Shown here: in pieces, positions 11,701-20,018 of the stretch
Layout: each line of letters opens with the position of its first letter
Position numbering within the stretch: the first letter of the stretch is position 1
Source of the DNA: Cenarchaeum sp.
Lineage (GTDB): Archaea; Thermoproteota; Nitrososphaeria; Nitrososphaerales; Nitrosopumilaceae
Direction of reading: 5' to 3'
Assembly (NCBI GenBank): GCA_965242695.1
Contig: CBDESU010000001.1
Coordinates: 608,001-672,000 of the forward strand
Length of the DNA stretch: 64,000 bases
Made by a program: the position numbers and the translations under genes
The notes under the pieces: model-generated
The model's database searches: none
What the model was told of the DNA's origin: nothing
The model's input: only the letters and a program-made list of their open reading frames with translations

Positions 11701-14700
11701 GGCCTGAGGAACTGCCCGTCGCCCGATCCGGCGGTGCCCCTAGCGAACAGCAGGTTGCCCTCCGAGTCGAGCACCTGCACGCGGCCGTACTCTGCCTCGG
11801 CGACCAGGATCCTGCCGCCGCCGTGCGGATCGACGGCCACGTCCATGAGCCTGTCCCAGTAGTCGCCGAACCTGGCCGGCTGCGCCAGGACGAACGCGTG
11901 GTCGCCCGACGGGTCGAAGACCTGCACCCTGTGGTTGCCCGTGTCGGCTACCATGATGCGGCCCGTAGACGGGTCGACTGCCAGGCCGCCTGGCCCCATC
12001 GGCTGCCAGGCCGCCGGCCCGCCCCCGCCGCCGAGCGGCCTTGGCACGCGGCTGCCGTCGACGACGTGGACTATGGGGCTGGACCTGTCCGTAATGTACG
12101 CGCGGCCGTCGGGCGCGACCGCCGCGCCGCGCGGGGCGGGAAGGCCTGCCGCGCGCGTGTCGGTGGCGGTGGCCATGCCGTCGGCCGGATTGTAGTCTAT
12201 GATGCGGCCGTTGCCCGTGTCCGCTATGCGGATGCGGCCGTCGGCGCCGGCGGCCACCCCGGCCGGCCCGCTAAGATCCCTGCCGGCAGCCGCAGAGATC
12301 GTCTGGTTGTGCGTGAGGTCGGCGTTGAGTATGACGACCCTGTCGTTTCCGGTGTCGGCCACTATGATGCGCCCGCCGAGGCGGGGCTCGACGGCGACCG
12401 ACTCGGGCGAGTCGAGCGCGCCGGCGCCGGGCACGGATGCGACGGTGGCAAGGTGGCCGCCGAGCCTGTTGTACGCCATGACGCGGCCGTTGCCGGTGTC
12501 TGCGACTATGATGCGGCCGTCCTGCCCCGCGGCGGCCCCCATGGGCGAGCGCATGTGGAGCATTCCAGACCCCTCGCTGCCGAACGTCAGCCTGTGGCGC
12601 GTCGCCGAGTCGAACACCTGCACCCTGTGGTTGCCGGTGTCTGCAACTATGATGCGCCCGCCGGCGGGGTCGACGTCGACGTCGGCCGGCGCGCGGAACG
12701 AGACGTCGTCGACCCCGGCCGAGGCGAGCTCGATCGCGGTGCGCAGGCTCGCGGATGCGACGCGCACGACGGACTCTGACCTGTCCACGACCAGGATGTC
12801 GCCGCCGTGGGATACGGCCACGCCGGCGAGCCCCTCCCCCTGCGTCCCCGCCGCGGCCCCGCCCATGCCGAGCTCGATGCGGGCGCGGGCGTTTCCGGAC
12901 ATGCCGTCGATCAGCGCAAGCACCTTTGCCTCGCCGGCGTCGGATACCAGGATCTGGCCGTAGCGGTCGACGGCCACGCCGGTCGGCGACTGCATCCTGC
13001 CGCCGTCCGGATCGAGCGTGCGCACGAGCCGCCCGTCCTCGGAGAACACCTTGACCGTGCGGTTCTTGGGGTCTGCCACTATGATCTCGCCGCTGCGCCC
13101 GTCGACGGCGACCCCCGCCGCGCTAGACAGATCGCCGTCTCCGAACGATGCGACGTGCACGCCCGACATGTCGAGCAGTACGACCCTGCCGGCCCTGCCG
13201 CCGTCGGGCGCGGCCACGTTGTCGGCCACTGCGATCCTGCCCCTCCCGCCAGAGTCTGCGTACGCCGCCACGCCGGCGGGATCCTCAAAGGCCGTCCCGC
13301 CCCCGCCGCCGTACGAGGTGACCTTGGTCGGATCCCCGCCTTCGGCGCCGAATATCACCACGCCGGGGCCGAGCTGGGCATCCCCGCCGCCGGAATCCCC
13401 GGCGTCGGCCACTATGATCTCGCCGCCGGGGCCGGACGCCGCCCCTCGCGGGGCGACCAGGCTCTCGTACACCAGGGCGGCTCCGGCCGGGTGGTACCCC
13501 CTTTCGGCGGCCAGCCGGTTCACCTTGGCCCCGCCCTCGGCGCTCGGCACGACGACGTTGCCGAGCGCATCGACGGCGACCCCGTACAGGCCGCCCTGCA
13601 GCGACTCGTCGCCGCCGTCGGCGTCCGAGCCGATCTGGTGCCGCTCGATGAGGGATGCGCCGAGCACGTGCACGCGGTTGCCCTTCCAGTCCGATGCCAG
13701 GACGCGGCCGTGCGGGTCGGCGGCAAGGTGGGGCCAGACGCTCCGCCCGAAGGGGTTGAACGGGCCGGCGATCAGGCCGCCGTCGGGGCCGTATATCGCG
13801 ACGCTTCCGGGGAATCCGCCGAGTATGATCCTACCGTACGCATCGACGTCGACCGTCGGACTGGACAGGGAATGGGGCGCTGCGATCGACTCGAGCCCTG
13901 TGGGACGCCCGTCCTGCCCGTAGAACGACACGCGCCCCGCCCACGCGTCAAAGACGACCACTCCGCCGTCCTGGTCAAAGGCCACGTCGAGGTGGGGCGC
14001 GAATCCCTCGATGGACGCCCTGCGGGATCCGTCGGGCCCGAACACGTGGACCGAGCCGCTGGTAGAGTCGGACACCGTCGGGTTGCCGGCGGCGTCGGCG
14101 ACCACTATGTTGCCGGCGGCATCGGCGTCGATGCCCGTGATCAGCCCAAACTGCGAGGTGCCGTTCTCGGCCCTGCCAAACTCGAATGCAAACGCAAGGT
14201 CCCTGTTGAACACCTGGATGCGGCCGTTTCCCGTGTCAGCCACTATGATGCGGCCCCTGCCGTCCGAGGCGGCGTCGTACGGGTCGATGAACTGGCCTGC
14301 CTCCTCGCCCCTCTCGCCTATTGTGCGCAGGTGCACGCCGCCGCCGTCCATGACGACGATCCTGTCGTTGCCCGTGTCGGCCACTATGATGCGGCCGTCC
14401 GGATCCGAGGCGATCCCGAGCGGCCCGTCAAAGCGGCCAAACTCGCCGCCGCTGTACCCGAACCCGCCTATCTGGACTGCCTCGAGCGTCTGGCCGGACC
14501 CCGACTGTGCGTGCGCCTCCGGCAGCGCCTCCCATCCGCCGAGGGCGGATGCGGCCAGCCCTTCAAGCAGCGAGTGGGCCGCGGCGGCGCCCCCGGGCAG
14601 CCAGTCCTCGCCGCCCCCGTCGCCGTACCGCGTCGTCCCGAGCGCCTCGACATCGTGCCACCGCAGGGGCGAGTATCCCTCGGGCGCGGCGGTGTGGTGG

Positions 14701-14864
14701 GGCCCCGCCCATCCGATTCCCCCGTACTGGGATGCCGCGCCGGCCGCGTACGGCAGGAGCAGCACAAAGCAGCACAGGACGGCGATGTCCCAGCAGCCGC
14801 CGCCGGGCCGGCGCGGCGCCGATCCCTTGGCATGCATCCCGCCGCCGCCCAGAGCCATGGCCAC
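5799..14864 (-). CDS. Giant cell-surface NHL-repeat (beta-propeller) protein with D-x-P-x-V-x-D repeat stalk and C-terminal membrane anchor
   Basis: 3021 aa; signal-like hydrophobic segment; dozens of NHL motifs (GRIIVADTGNHRVQVF); Pro/Gly linkers; C-terminal TM followed by RRRGR; ttttataag TATA at about 14890. Confidence 0.9.
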   Translation of the reverse strand: MAMALGGGGMHAKGSAPRRPGGGCWDIAVLCCFVLLLPYAAGAASQYGGIGWAGPHHTAAPEGYSPLRWHDVEALGTTRYGDGGGEDWLPGGAAAAHSLLEGLAASALGGWEALPEAHAQSGSGQTLEAVQIGGFGYSGGEFGRFDGPLGIASDPDGRIIVADTGNDRIVVMDGGGVHLRTIGERGEEAGQFIDPYDAASDGRGRIIVADTGNGRIQVFNRDLAFAFEFGRAENGTSQFGLITGIDADAAGNIVVADAAGNPTVSDSTSGSVHVFGPDGSRRASIEGFAPHLDVAFDQDGGVVVFDAWAGRVSFYGQDGRPTGLESIAAPHSLSSPTVDVDAYGRIILGGFPGSVAIYGPDGGLIAGPFNPFGRSVWPHLAADPHGRVLASDWKGNRVHVLGASLIERHQIGSDADGGDESLQGGLYGVAVDALGNVVVPSAEGGAKVNRLAAERGYHPAGAALVYESLVAPRGAASGPGGEIIVADAGDSGGGDAQLGPGVVIFGAEGGDPTKVTSYGGGGGTAFEDPAGVAAYADSGGRGRIAVADNVAAPDGGRAGRVVLLDMSGVHVASFGDGDLSSAAGVAVDGRSGEIIVADPKNRTVKVFSEDGRLVRTLDPDGGRMQSPTGVAVDRYGQILVSDAGEAKVLALIDGMSGNARARIELGMGGAAAGTQGEGLAGVAVSHGGDILVVDRSESVVRVASASLRTAIELASAGVDDVSFRAPADVDVDPAGGRIIVADTGNHRVQVFDSATRHRLTFGSEGSGMLHMRSPMGAAAGQDGRIIVADTGNGRVMAYNRLGGHLATVASVPGAGALDSPESVAVEPRLGGRIIVADTGNDRVVILNADLTHNQTISAAAGRDLSGPAGVAAGADGRIRIADTGNGRIIDYNPADGMATATDTRAAGLPAPRGAAVAPDGRAYITDRSSPIVHVVDGSRVPRPLGGGGGPAAWQPMGPGGLAVDPSTGRIMVADTGNHRVQVFDPSGDHAFVLAQPARFGDYWDRLMDVAVDPHGGGRILVAEAEYGRVQVLDSEGNLLFARGTAGSGDGQFLRPSGIASVPNGTSPSLIAVADTGNGRVQVLDHMGNHVCTAGEEAERLSCGRLVYSRGSYACHAGSSEMRRPVAVDSLPDGRLLVADAHDPVINNVARIRVYNGTDCSVIDPPGMPGGKVHLGAFRTHGVTSAIVDVAAGAGGSAILVAQSQRVDVFDAADYSHIRTISTLATGESAHLRPPFMRDVAMDEDGRLFVADALNNRIEAFSDNGTAYVHAGTIGRHGTADGELFRASGIDYDDGWIVAGDTLGPRVQGFSTMRAAVASDIPVGGPLGGGGARGQPGGVATDAAGRVFITDRANDRVQVYDPVTGNSSTIGGPGSADGMFDEPLGIAVDSRGRIIVADYNNHRVQVFSPSGAHAMTITHGDVRYPDDVAVDSLDRIIVASSGGRTVHRFTPDGAHDGSIGALGTPLAVAADDADRIVSLNVQTLGSQFIRYLVTVYNGTSGEAAEFMGRHVGRFLFELPIGIDIDSHSRILIADSARNAIRMHRADGTLLQEFGSRGSGHAQFDRPVDVHVGRDGRIYVADHGNARVHILGSDGEHATTITMSDADGGRFAMPLGIAADQTHGRLAVADTGNHRVQVFSTNGTHEDTFGARGTANTNFALDEGIAFDAAGNMYIADTGNHRVKVFNPRGAHLQTIGGPGPGMGGGMFRSPGAVDVGPNGSIAVADTGNDRVQVFAPAASAGDPRGVAVNGPGVRYAEVPHPNYTLAGSLRSASGSALDGPAGAAIDGMGRILVADTGNNRTLVFNADLTHNMTVGASAGLASPAGIEAGPSDRIIVADTGNGRVVVFDSAGGMLGSFGPGGGGAAGAAGGNGTGGTMDPLVAPHDAASYGSGRLAVMDSGANMVMLYSIRFGASPRADAPAVNDSAVALFGHARAARDAPGVADSIRGDYTALAHDAPAVLDGGTAPASYIGVARPDAPGVSDHAVPAVHRMARDAPDVADSVSNNYSMLAHDAPAVRDGGTAPASYIADVRPDAPAVGDRAVPAVHAMAYDAPGVSDSHHPAYSMLAHDAPVPADSYSASAVIAADGGSPQIADGAVARAGYIEAAQDAPGVADGAVPAVHRMARDAPAVGDGAAAVATAVSAPGDAPSVSDSHSASRGIRAADRISAADMALIGASISAGDAPAVSDRAVPAVHAMAYDEPGVSDGASAVAMAILAVGDEPGVSDGASAVAMAILAVGDEPGVSDGASARGSLLAVPQPGDAPSVSDGASAVAMAVSAVGDAPGVSDSADAGHSRAVAAADAPGVAESITTVDGGGMTHVMGPRTVHDPTPDAPAVADSATAHGMFGKSVGDAPGVADSATAHGMFGKSVGDAPGVLDSASSEASRVSRPGDAPGVSDSAEVSGMFGKSVVDAPGVSDSAEVSGMFGKSVVDAPGVSDSAEVSGMFGKSVVDAPGVSDSAEVSGMFGKSVVDAPGVSDSAEVSGMFGTAVGDAPGVSDSAISGGSHVVRIGDAPGHASSAVAEMQIGAPTVAPGDPGDQDDPGDQDDPGAPARGGDANGTEAADAPALSDSAWASASHIRGAGDAPSAVDAASAVPGIGDGRPGGPSQDAAAPGMHMEDARDAPDAADAASYVHGSPEPPPQSDPPQSDPPQSDPPQSDPPQSDPPPIVVAPATPAPPAAPAPAPAAPAPFMGGGGGGGGGGGGGGGGGGPRGADGAGAPAANQGGGSRLPSIAGVAWDFCGGGSDLRIVVDDGRSTTYVAVGQDEGGGVPSGASLAPPTVASFAVPDGAPGDGYSTTWHARVDIGAGRDLHIEARMSHGVPPPAYLNSLPLGECEVNSSSGSLCYTVADEEDVRIDSCSGARSFGNDASPGQGGQQEPHPEDSAHGGEVAVSAPAEPGPAAGGAAAAASVPAEAEAEAEPTMIQFGGGEEEPILGDSLGMPAVGGRDRGGHTPARDAAEDAPPAEPAPAPEGSGQLQAAAYMAAAAAVAAILAAAAFALRRRGRSRGRPAAPAVPQGWH
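6862..6945. repeat. 15-bp tandem repeat x5 (PPQSD) within the NHL protein
   Basis: ggcggatccgactgc repeated. Confidence 0.85.
6975..9125. repeat. About 30+ repeats of 18-22 aa (DAPGVSDSA motif), including near-perfect 60-bp tandem copies at about 7400-7690
   Basis: Directly visible in protein and DNA. Confidence 0.85.
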
Positions 14865-15220
14865 CTGTCTCTTGGAGCCGGCCGCTCCTTATAAAAATTG
14901 CCCCAAGTTGCTGGCTTGCGCGATCGCGGGCTGGGGCATGCGGGACGGCCGCGGCCGTGCATGGGCCTTGCAGTAAATGCGCCGCATCCGGGCATTCTGC
15001 CCCTTTTCAGGCGCATCTTGGCCGGCCGGCGAGAGCCTGCGGCCTGCAATTGCAAAGGATTTTCGATGCGGCTGCGGACGGCGGCGCGACGGTCCGCCGC
15101 CCGTACCCGGGCCCCGCGGCCTGCGCGATCGGCAGATCTGGGGATAAGGGGATGGGGTAGATCGGGCCGGCGGGCCGGGCGGGGCCTGGCGGGCGGCGGC
15201 GGCCTGCGCGCCGATCCCTG

Positions 15221-15787
15221 CTATGGCATCTTTGCCAGCATGCGGTTCTGGGTATCCAAGAGGCTGCCGAGCGTGTCGCCGATCTTGATCAGCGCCTCGC
15301 CAGTTTGGTTCTGGGCCTCTAGCATCTTGTCCTGCTTCTCGAGCATCCGCCCGATGTCGCCCCTCAGGCCCCCTATGGCCTCGCGCGTCCTGTCCCCGTC
15401 CTCGCGGATGGCGTTCCCTATGGCCTCGCGCGTCCTGTCCCCGTCCTCGCGGATGGCGTTCCCTATGGCCTCGCGCGTCCTGTCCCCGTCCTCGCGGATG
15501 GCGTTCCCTATGGCCTCGCGCGTCCTGTCCCCGTCCTCGCTGATGGCCTCGCGCGTCCTGTCCCCGTCCTCGCGGATGGTGTCCCTGATGCCCTGCGCGA
15601 TATCCTGCGTCGTAAGGGACATGACGATGCCCACGATCCCTATCAATATAAATGCTAGCCCCTCGCCGATCAGCATGTATCCTAGGCCCACGTCGACGGG
15701 GTACCAGAGCGCCACCAGGACGCCGGCGACAAGCGTGCCGATGCCCGTCATGGCTATGGATATGTGCAGTAGGTTTTGGCGGCGCAC
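15221..15787 (-). CDS. Two-TM membrane protein with 15-aa (45-bp) coiled-coil repeats; start uncertain (15787 or 15751)
   Basis: Two hydrophobic helices followed by (AIREDGDRTREAIGN)n. Confidence 0.7.
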   Translation of the reverse strand: MRRQNLLHISIAMTGIGTLVAGVLVALWYPVDVGLGYMLIGEGLAFILIGIVGIVMSLTTQDIAQGIRDTIREDGDRTREAISEDGDRTREAIGNAIREDGDRTREAIGNAIREDGDRTREAIGNAIREDGDRTREAIGGLRGDIGRMLEKQDKMLEAQNQTGEALIKIGDTLGSLLDTQNRMLAKMP

Positions 15788-15818
15788 GACGGCCTGCCAC
15801 GTGCTCCTAGACGGCGCT

Positions 15819-15931
15819 CCGGCCGGGCGCCCAGCCTCGCCCCCGGCCGGGCGCCCAGCCTCGCCCCCGGCCGGGCGCCCAGCCTCGCCCCCGGCCGGGC
15901 GCCCAGCCTCGCCCCCGGCCGGGCGCCCAGC
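15819..15931. repeat. 24-bp tandem repeat, about 4.7 copies, no spacers
   Basis: ccggccgggcgcccagcctcgccc repeated head to tail. Confidence 0.85.
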
Positions 15932-16172
15932 ACTACTACCCTTCACGAAATTACCGTATTCTAGTTCCATACGACTATTTGCTACGCCGCAGCCCCTGCG
16001 CGTGCAGGGCCGGGCGGCCCCGTGGCCGGCATCGGGCCGCCTGTTCCCTGTGCGCCGCCGACTGCCGCCCTGCGCGGCGCGCGGATCGCGAGGGACGGGT
16101 GGGGGGGGGGGGTGGGGGCGGAGGGCGCCCGCAACCGTTATTTTTGCGCCCCTGCGCGGCCCGCATATGGTA

Positions 16173-16364
16173 ATGCCGCTTGTCGACGAGGACGATCCAA
16201 AGTGCTACGTGTGCCACCGCCGGTTCAAGACGCTCGACGAGCTGCGCGAGCACCAGAGCGGCGAGCGCGCCGCCGCCGAGGCGGCGGACGACGGCGAGGG
16301 CGCGGCGCCCCCTCCACCGCCGACCGAGCGCGGGCCTGCCCCGGGCGACGTCTCGATGTTCTGA
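16173..16364 (+). CDS. Small C2H2-type zinc-finger protein
   Basis: MPLVDEDDPKCYVCHRRFKTLDELREHQ...GPAPGDVSMF; C-x2-C-x12-H pattern, second His not evident; 3' end of the 488-aa track ORF. Confidence 0.7.
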   Translation: MPLVDEDDPKCYVCHRRFKTLDELREHQSGERAAAEAADDGEGAAPPPPPTERGPAPGDVSMF

Positions 16365-16369
16365 GCGCG

Positions 16370-16603
16370 CTACGACGAGTCGCGGTCGCGCGGGTCGGCC
16401 CGCAACGACCGCAGGTAGCACTCGTTGGCCTCGTCGTGCCTGCCGAGGCTGCGCAGGGCCGCCCCCTTGCCGTTGAGCAGGTCGGGATCGTCGGGGCTGT
16501 CCTTCAGGGCGCGCTCGTACAGGGCCAGGGCATCGTCGAACCCGCCCTCGATCAAGAGGCGCCGGCCCTCCCGAAGCGCATCCTCCTTGGCATCGCCTGC
16601 CAT
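16370..16603 (-). CDS. Small TPR protein (77 aa)
   Basis: Two TPR motifs (DDALALYERAL...PDLLNGKGAALRSLGRHDEANECY); tttaaa box upstream. Confidence 0.8.
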   Translation of the reverse strand: MAGDAKEDALREGRRLLIEGGFDDALALYERALKDSPDDPDLLNGKGAALRSLGRHDEANECYLRSLRADPRDRDSS

Positions 16604-16624
16604 GCCGCCCCCTCTCGGGATCCT

Positions 16625-16660
16625 CCCTTTAAACCCGCCCCTGCGCGCCTTTAATACTCC
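16625..16660. promoter_or_regulatory. Divergent TATA boxes for the small TPR and Lrp genes
   Basis: tttaaa (16628) and tttaata (16650), each about 25 bp from a start codon. Confidence 0.55.
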
Positions 16661-16678
16661 CCGCGCCGGCCGCCGGGC

Positions 16679-17260
16679 GTGGCGCGGGCGGGGGGATCGG
16701 GGACGTGGGGGCGCAGCGCCCGCAGCCGGAGCGGCGCGGCGCGCGGGCGGGACTCTTCCGCCGCCGGGCCGGCCGCCTCCAGGCCCGAGCCGGCCGCCGC
16801 ATCCGGCGGCCGCGCACAGCCGCTTGACGACCTGGACGGAAGGATCGTCCGCCGGCTGCTCGTCGACGGCAGGTCGTCTGCGCGCAGGATGGCCCTCGAG
16901 ATGGGGCGGGCCACCGTGACGATCGCATCCAGGATGCGCCGGCTCGAGCGGGACGGGGTCGTACTCGGCTACTCGGCTCGCGTCGACTCGGCGAGGCTCG
17001 GCTACGACCTGACCGCAATCATAGAGGTGGTCGCCAGGAAGGACATGCTCGTCGAGGTCGAGCGGGCCATATCCGAGATGCCCGACGTGTGCGCCGTGTA
17101 CGACGTTACGGGCGGAACGGACATTATGGTCATTGCAAAGTTCCGCTCGCGCGCCGACCTGAGCGGGTTCGTAAAGGGGCTCGCGTCCGTGCCCCACGTG
17201 GAGAGCACGAACACCCGCGTCGCGCTCGGGACGGTCAAGGAGGACTTTCGGGTCGCCTAG
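16679..17260 (+). CDS. Lrp/AsnC family transcriptional regulator
   Basis: LDDLDGRIVRRLLVDGRSSARRMA wHTH and RAM domain (VYDVTGGTDIMVIAKFR). Confidence 0.9.
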   Translation: MARAGGSGTWGRSARSRSGAARGRDSSAAGPAASRPEPAAASGGRAQPLDDLDGRIVRRLLVDGRSSARRMALEMGRATVTIASRMRRLERDGVVLGYSARVDSARLGYDLTAIIEVVARKDMLVEVERAISEMPDVCAVYDVTGGTDIMVIAKFRSRADLSGFVKGLASVPHVESTNTRVALGTVKEDFRVA

Positions 17261-17267
17261 GAGGCTG

Positions 17268-17966
17268 GTGGGGGTGCGGGCTCGCGGGGGGCGGCCGGCG
17301 CGCGCCGGATCGGCCCGCCGCCCGGCGGCGCGGGCATGCCGCCTGGCGCTCCTCGCACTCTTGGCGGCTCCCGCGCTGGCCGCGCCCTGCTTTGGCCAGG
17401 CCCCGCCGCCGCATGCGCGGGGCGGGGATGCGGATGCGGGCCCGTCCGCGTCCGACCTGGCCCTCCTCTTTGCCGTCTCGATCGCCGTCGTGGCGGGGAT
17501 CGCGCTGTACATATCGCGCGAGGCCATTGCGCGGAAAAAGACCGCGTACGACAGGGGGGCGTACGAGTCGCAGAGGGACCGCGACTACGAAAAGTACCAC
17601 TCGGGGTGGGGCGACGAGTCGGCCGCCGGCGGCGGGGCCGGCGACCTTGGCGGTGGCGACGGCGATGCGGATGCAGACGGCGAGTTTGCGCCTGGCGGCG
17701 GCGCCGGCGCGGCGGGGCGGGCCGCCGACTATTACGCAGTGCTCGGTCTGGAAAGGGATGCCGCGCCGGGCGAGGTGAAGCGCAGGTACCGCGAGCTTGC
17801 AAAGGAGGCGCACCCGGACAGGGCGGGAGGCGGTGAGGGCGGCGAGGAAGGCGGAGATGCCGGCCGGAGGATGGCGCTGATCAACGAGGCGTACGATATC
17901 CTTTCCGATCCGGGCCGCCGCAAGAGGTACGACCTCTGGCTTGGGCGGCGCGGCGGCCGGCCCTGA
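17268..17966 (+). CDS. Membrane-anchored DnaJ-domain protein
   Basis: DYYAVLGL...YRELAKEAHPD...INEAYDILSDP J-domain; TM segment upstream. Confidence 0.85.
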   Translation: MGVRARGGRPARAGSARRPAARACRLALLALLAAPALAAPCFGQAPPPHARGGDADAGPSASDLALLFAVSIAVVAGIALYISREAIARKKTAYDRGAYESQRDRDYEKYHSGWGDESAAGGGAGDLGGGDGDADADGEFAPGGGAGAAGRAADYYAVLGLERDAAPGEVKRRYRELAKEAHPDRAGGGEGGEEGGDAGRRMALINEAYDILSDPGRRKRYDLWLGRRGGRP

Positions 17967-18053
17967 TCGGGCACGCCGGTTCGCGAGCCGGCTCTTGGCG
18001 CGCGGCCGGCGCGGGCGGGGCGCAGCTAGCCGCAGCTATCCGCCGCCATCCGC

Positions 18054-18479
18054 CTACTCGGTTCCAGTGACGGTCAGGACGAGCTCGGTCGCGCCGCCGC
18101 TCTGGACGGCGCCGGTCAGGTTCGCGTGCAGGACGATCGGGGGGACGGCGGCCGGCCCGTCTGGTCCGCCAGGCGCGGCAGGCCTGAGCGAGACGACGAC
18201 ATCGGCAAACTCGGTGTTGGGGCCGAGCATTGCGCGCGGCACGAGGGCGGGAACGGACGGGTCGGACGTGCGCACGCGGGCCTGGAATATCTCTGCATCC
18301 TCAAAGTAGGCGCCGCCCCGGCGCGTCCTCCTTGCCACAGGGGTCGAGACGCGGCGTATGGTAATTCCGCCGTCGCCGGCCGCCGCGCCTTCGGCGATGC
18401 GGACGGCGGCCGACATGCAGCGGGGGTTGGCGGCCAGCGCGGCGGCGGCCCTGTCGAGCACGCCTGCGTCGATCTCCAC
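18054..18479 (-). CDS. Hypothetical protein
   Basis: GTG at 18479 with gtaaata about 25 bp upstream; coding-like composition. Confidence 0.55.
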   Translation of the reverse strand: MEIDAGVLDRAAAALAANPRCMSAAVRIAEGAAAGDGGITIRRVSTPVARRTRRGGAYFEDAEIFQARVRTSDPSVPALVPRAMLGPNTEFADVVVSLRPAAPGGPDGPAAVPPIVLHANLTGAVQSGGATELVLTVTGTE

Positions 18480-18795
18480 GCCTGCGCCGCGCCCACGGGC
18501 CGTATTTACGTTCGGCTGAGGGGCGGGGCGGGGGGGGGGGGGGGGCGGGGCGGGGCGGCGGGATCGGACTCGCCGCGCGGCGGGCGGGCCGAGCCGGCCG
18601 CCGTGCGCGGATGCCGCGCCGCGCATCGGGGGCACGAGCACGCCTGCCCTGTCGCTGCACCTTGCCGCGCCCATAGGTTGTTGTGGTGCGGGAAAGGGCA
18701 GGTAAGGCACGATGTAGGAGTGGAAGATAAGTGTGGCCGCCCGGCGCGGGCGGCCTATCTTGATGGCTTTAATAGCCCCCCTCACGCCTTCTGCC

Positions 18796-19935
18796 ATGGC
18801 GCAGATCGGAATCGAAATGCCGGCGCGGCACGCGGAGCGCGCCGTTGCTTCACTGTCGCCGCAGCGCGCAGCCGATCTTGTCCTAGAGTACGACGATGCC
18901 GACGACGGCGGGTCGACTCCGCTTGCCTACGACATATTTGTCATCCCTGCAGACTATACGCTCGAAACTCTCTATGCGCGGTGGCGCAACCGCGACATCG
19001 TCATGCCAAATTCTGGGCGCGGGTACACTTGGGGGCTGCCGCAGGCCTCGAAGCTGATCGAGTCGTTCATGGTGGGCCTCCCAGTCCCTCCCGTCTACCT
19101 GTCGACGACCGACGAGCGAAAATCGTTCGTCATAGACGGCATGCAGCGTCTCTTGACGATCTTTTCGTACTTTGACGGGGTCTTTCCCGAGAACACGCCG
19201 CACGCAGGCCGGGAGTTTCGCATAGCTGGCATCAACGAGGACAACGCGCTGCACGGCAAGACTTTTGACGAACTCGACGAGGATGACCGCAAGAGGCTCA
19301 TGGACTCGTCCCTCAGGGCAATGACCGTCGTCCACAACGACCCTGCAGATCGCTCGGGGATGTACGAAATCTTCGAGCGGCTCGGCGCGGAGGCCGTGCC
19401 GCCCGCACCGCAAGAGGTCCGCAGCTGCGCGTACCGCGGGCCGCTCTCAGAGATGATCGGCGATCTCAACGACCTGGAGGCGTGGCGGGACGTGCTGGGA
19501 CGGCCCGACCCTGATCCGCGAATGAAGGACAGGGAGCTTGTGCTGCGCTACATGGCCCTTTTCCACGACGGCGACAGATACGCGCACCCGATGAAGCGCT
19601 TTCTGTCCAACTTCATGGGGGCGCACATGGACCCGGGCGACGAGTACCTAGAGGCGGAGCGGCGGCGCTTTGTGGCTACCTGCCGCGCAGTGGTGGAAAA
19701 GCTCGGGCCGGCGCCGTTCAACAACCGGCACGGACAGCTCCAGGTGCCGCTGTTTGACTCGGTCTTCGTGGCGTTTGCGGAGAACGGGCCGGCCGCCTGC
19801 CCGGGCGACATGCGCGAGCGCTTTGAGGCACTGCGCGCCGACCCTGAGTTTGGACGGCGCGCGGGGGATCTGAGCGGTACTACCGGCGCCGTTCTGGGTC
19901 GGCTGCGGATGGCGCGCAGGATGCTGTTTGGATGA
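18796..19935 (+). CDS. DUF262 (GmrS/ParB-like) domain protein
   Basis: SKLIESFMVGLPVPPVY, VIDGMQRL and EIFERL motifs; ctttaatag TATA at about 18767. Confidence 0.85.
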   Translation: MAQIGIEMPARHAERAVASLSPQRAADLVLEYDDADDGGSTPLAYDIFVIPADYTLETLYARWRNRDIVMPNSGRGYTWGLPQASKLIESFMVGLPVPPVYLSTTDERKSFVIDGMQRLLTIFSYFDGVFPENTPHAGREFRIAGINEDNALHGKTFDELDEDDRKRLMDSSLRAMTVVHNDPADRSGMYEIFERLGAEAVPPAPQEVRSCAYRGPLSEMIGDLNDLEAWRDVLGRPDPDPRMKDRELVLRYMALFHDGDRYAHPMKRFLSNFMGAHMDPGDEYLEAERRRFVATCRAVVEKLGPAPFNNRHGQLQVPLFDSVFVAFAENGPAACPGDMRERFEALRADPEFGRRAGDLSGTTGAVLGRLRMARRMLFG

Positions 19936-20018
19936 CCGGCTCAGACTTGCGGCGTTCAAAGGGCGTTAAGGGCGTAGGGAGTCGTTGGTTGTGACCGCGT
20001 GGCGGAATGCATGCCCGC

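Noticed and set aside
5697-14976. Long + strand ORFs (678, 1063, 695 aa etc.) opposite the NHL gene
   Set aside because: Antisense shadows caused by high GC; low-complexity Arg/Gly/Ala composition
15819-15931. CRISPR array
   Set aside because: 24-bp units are head to tail with no spacers
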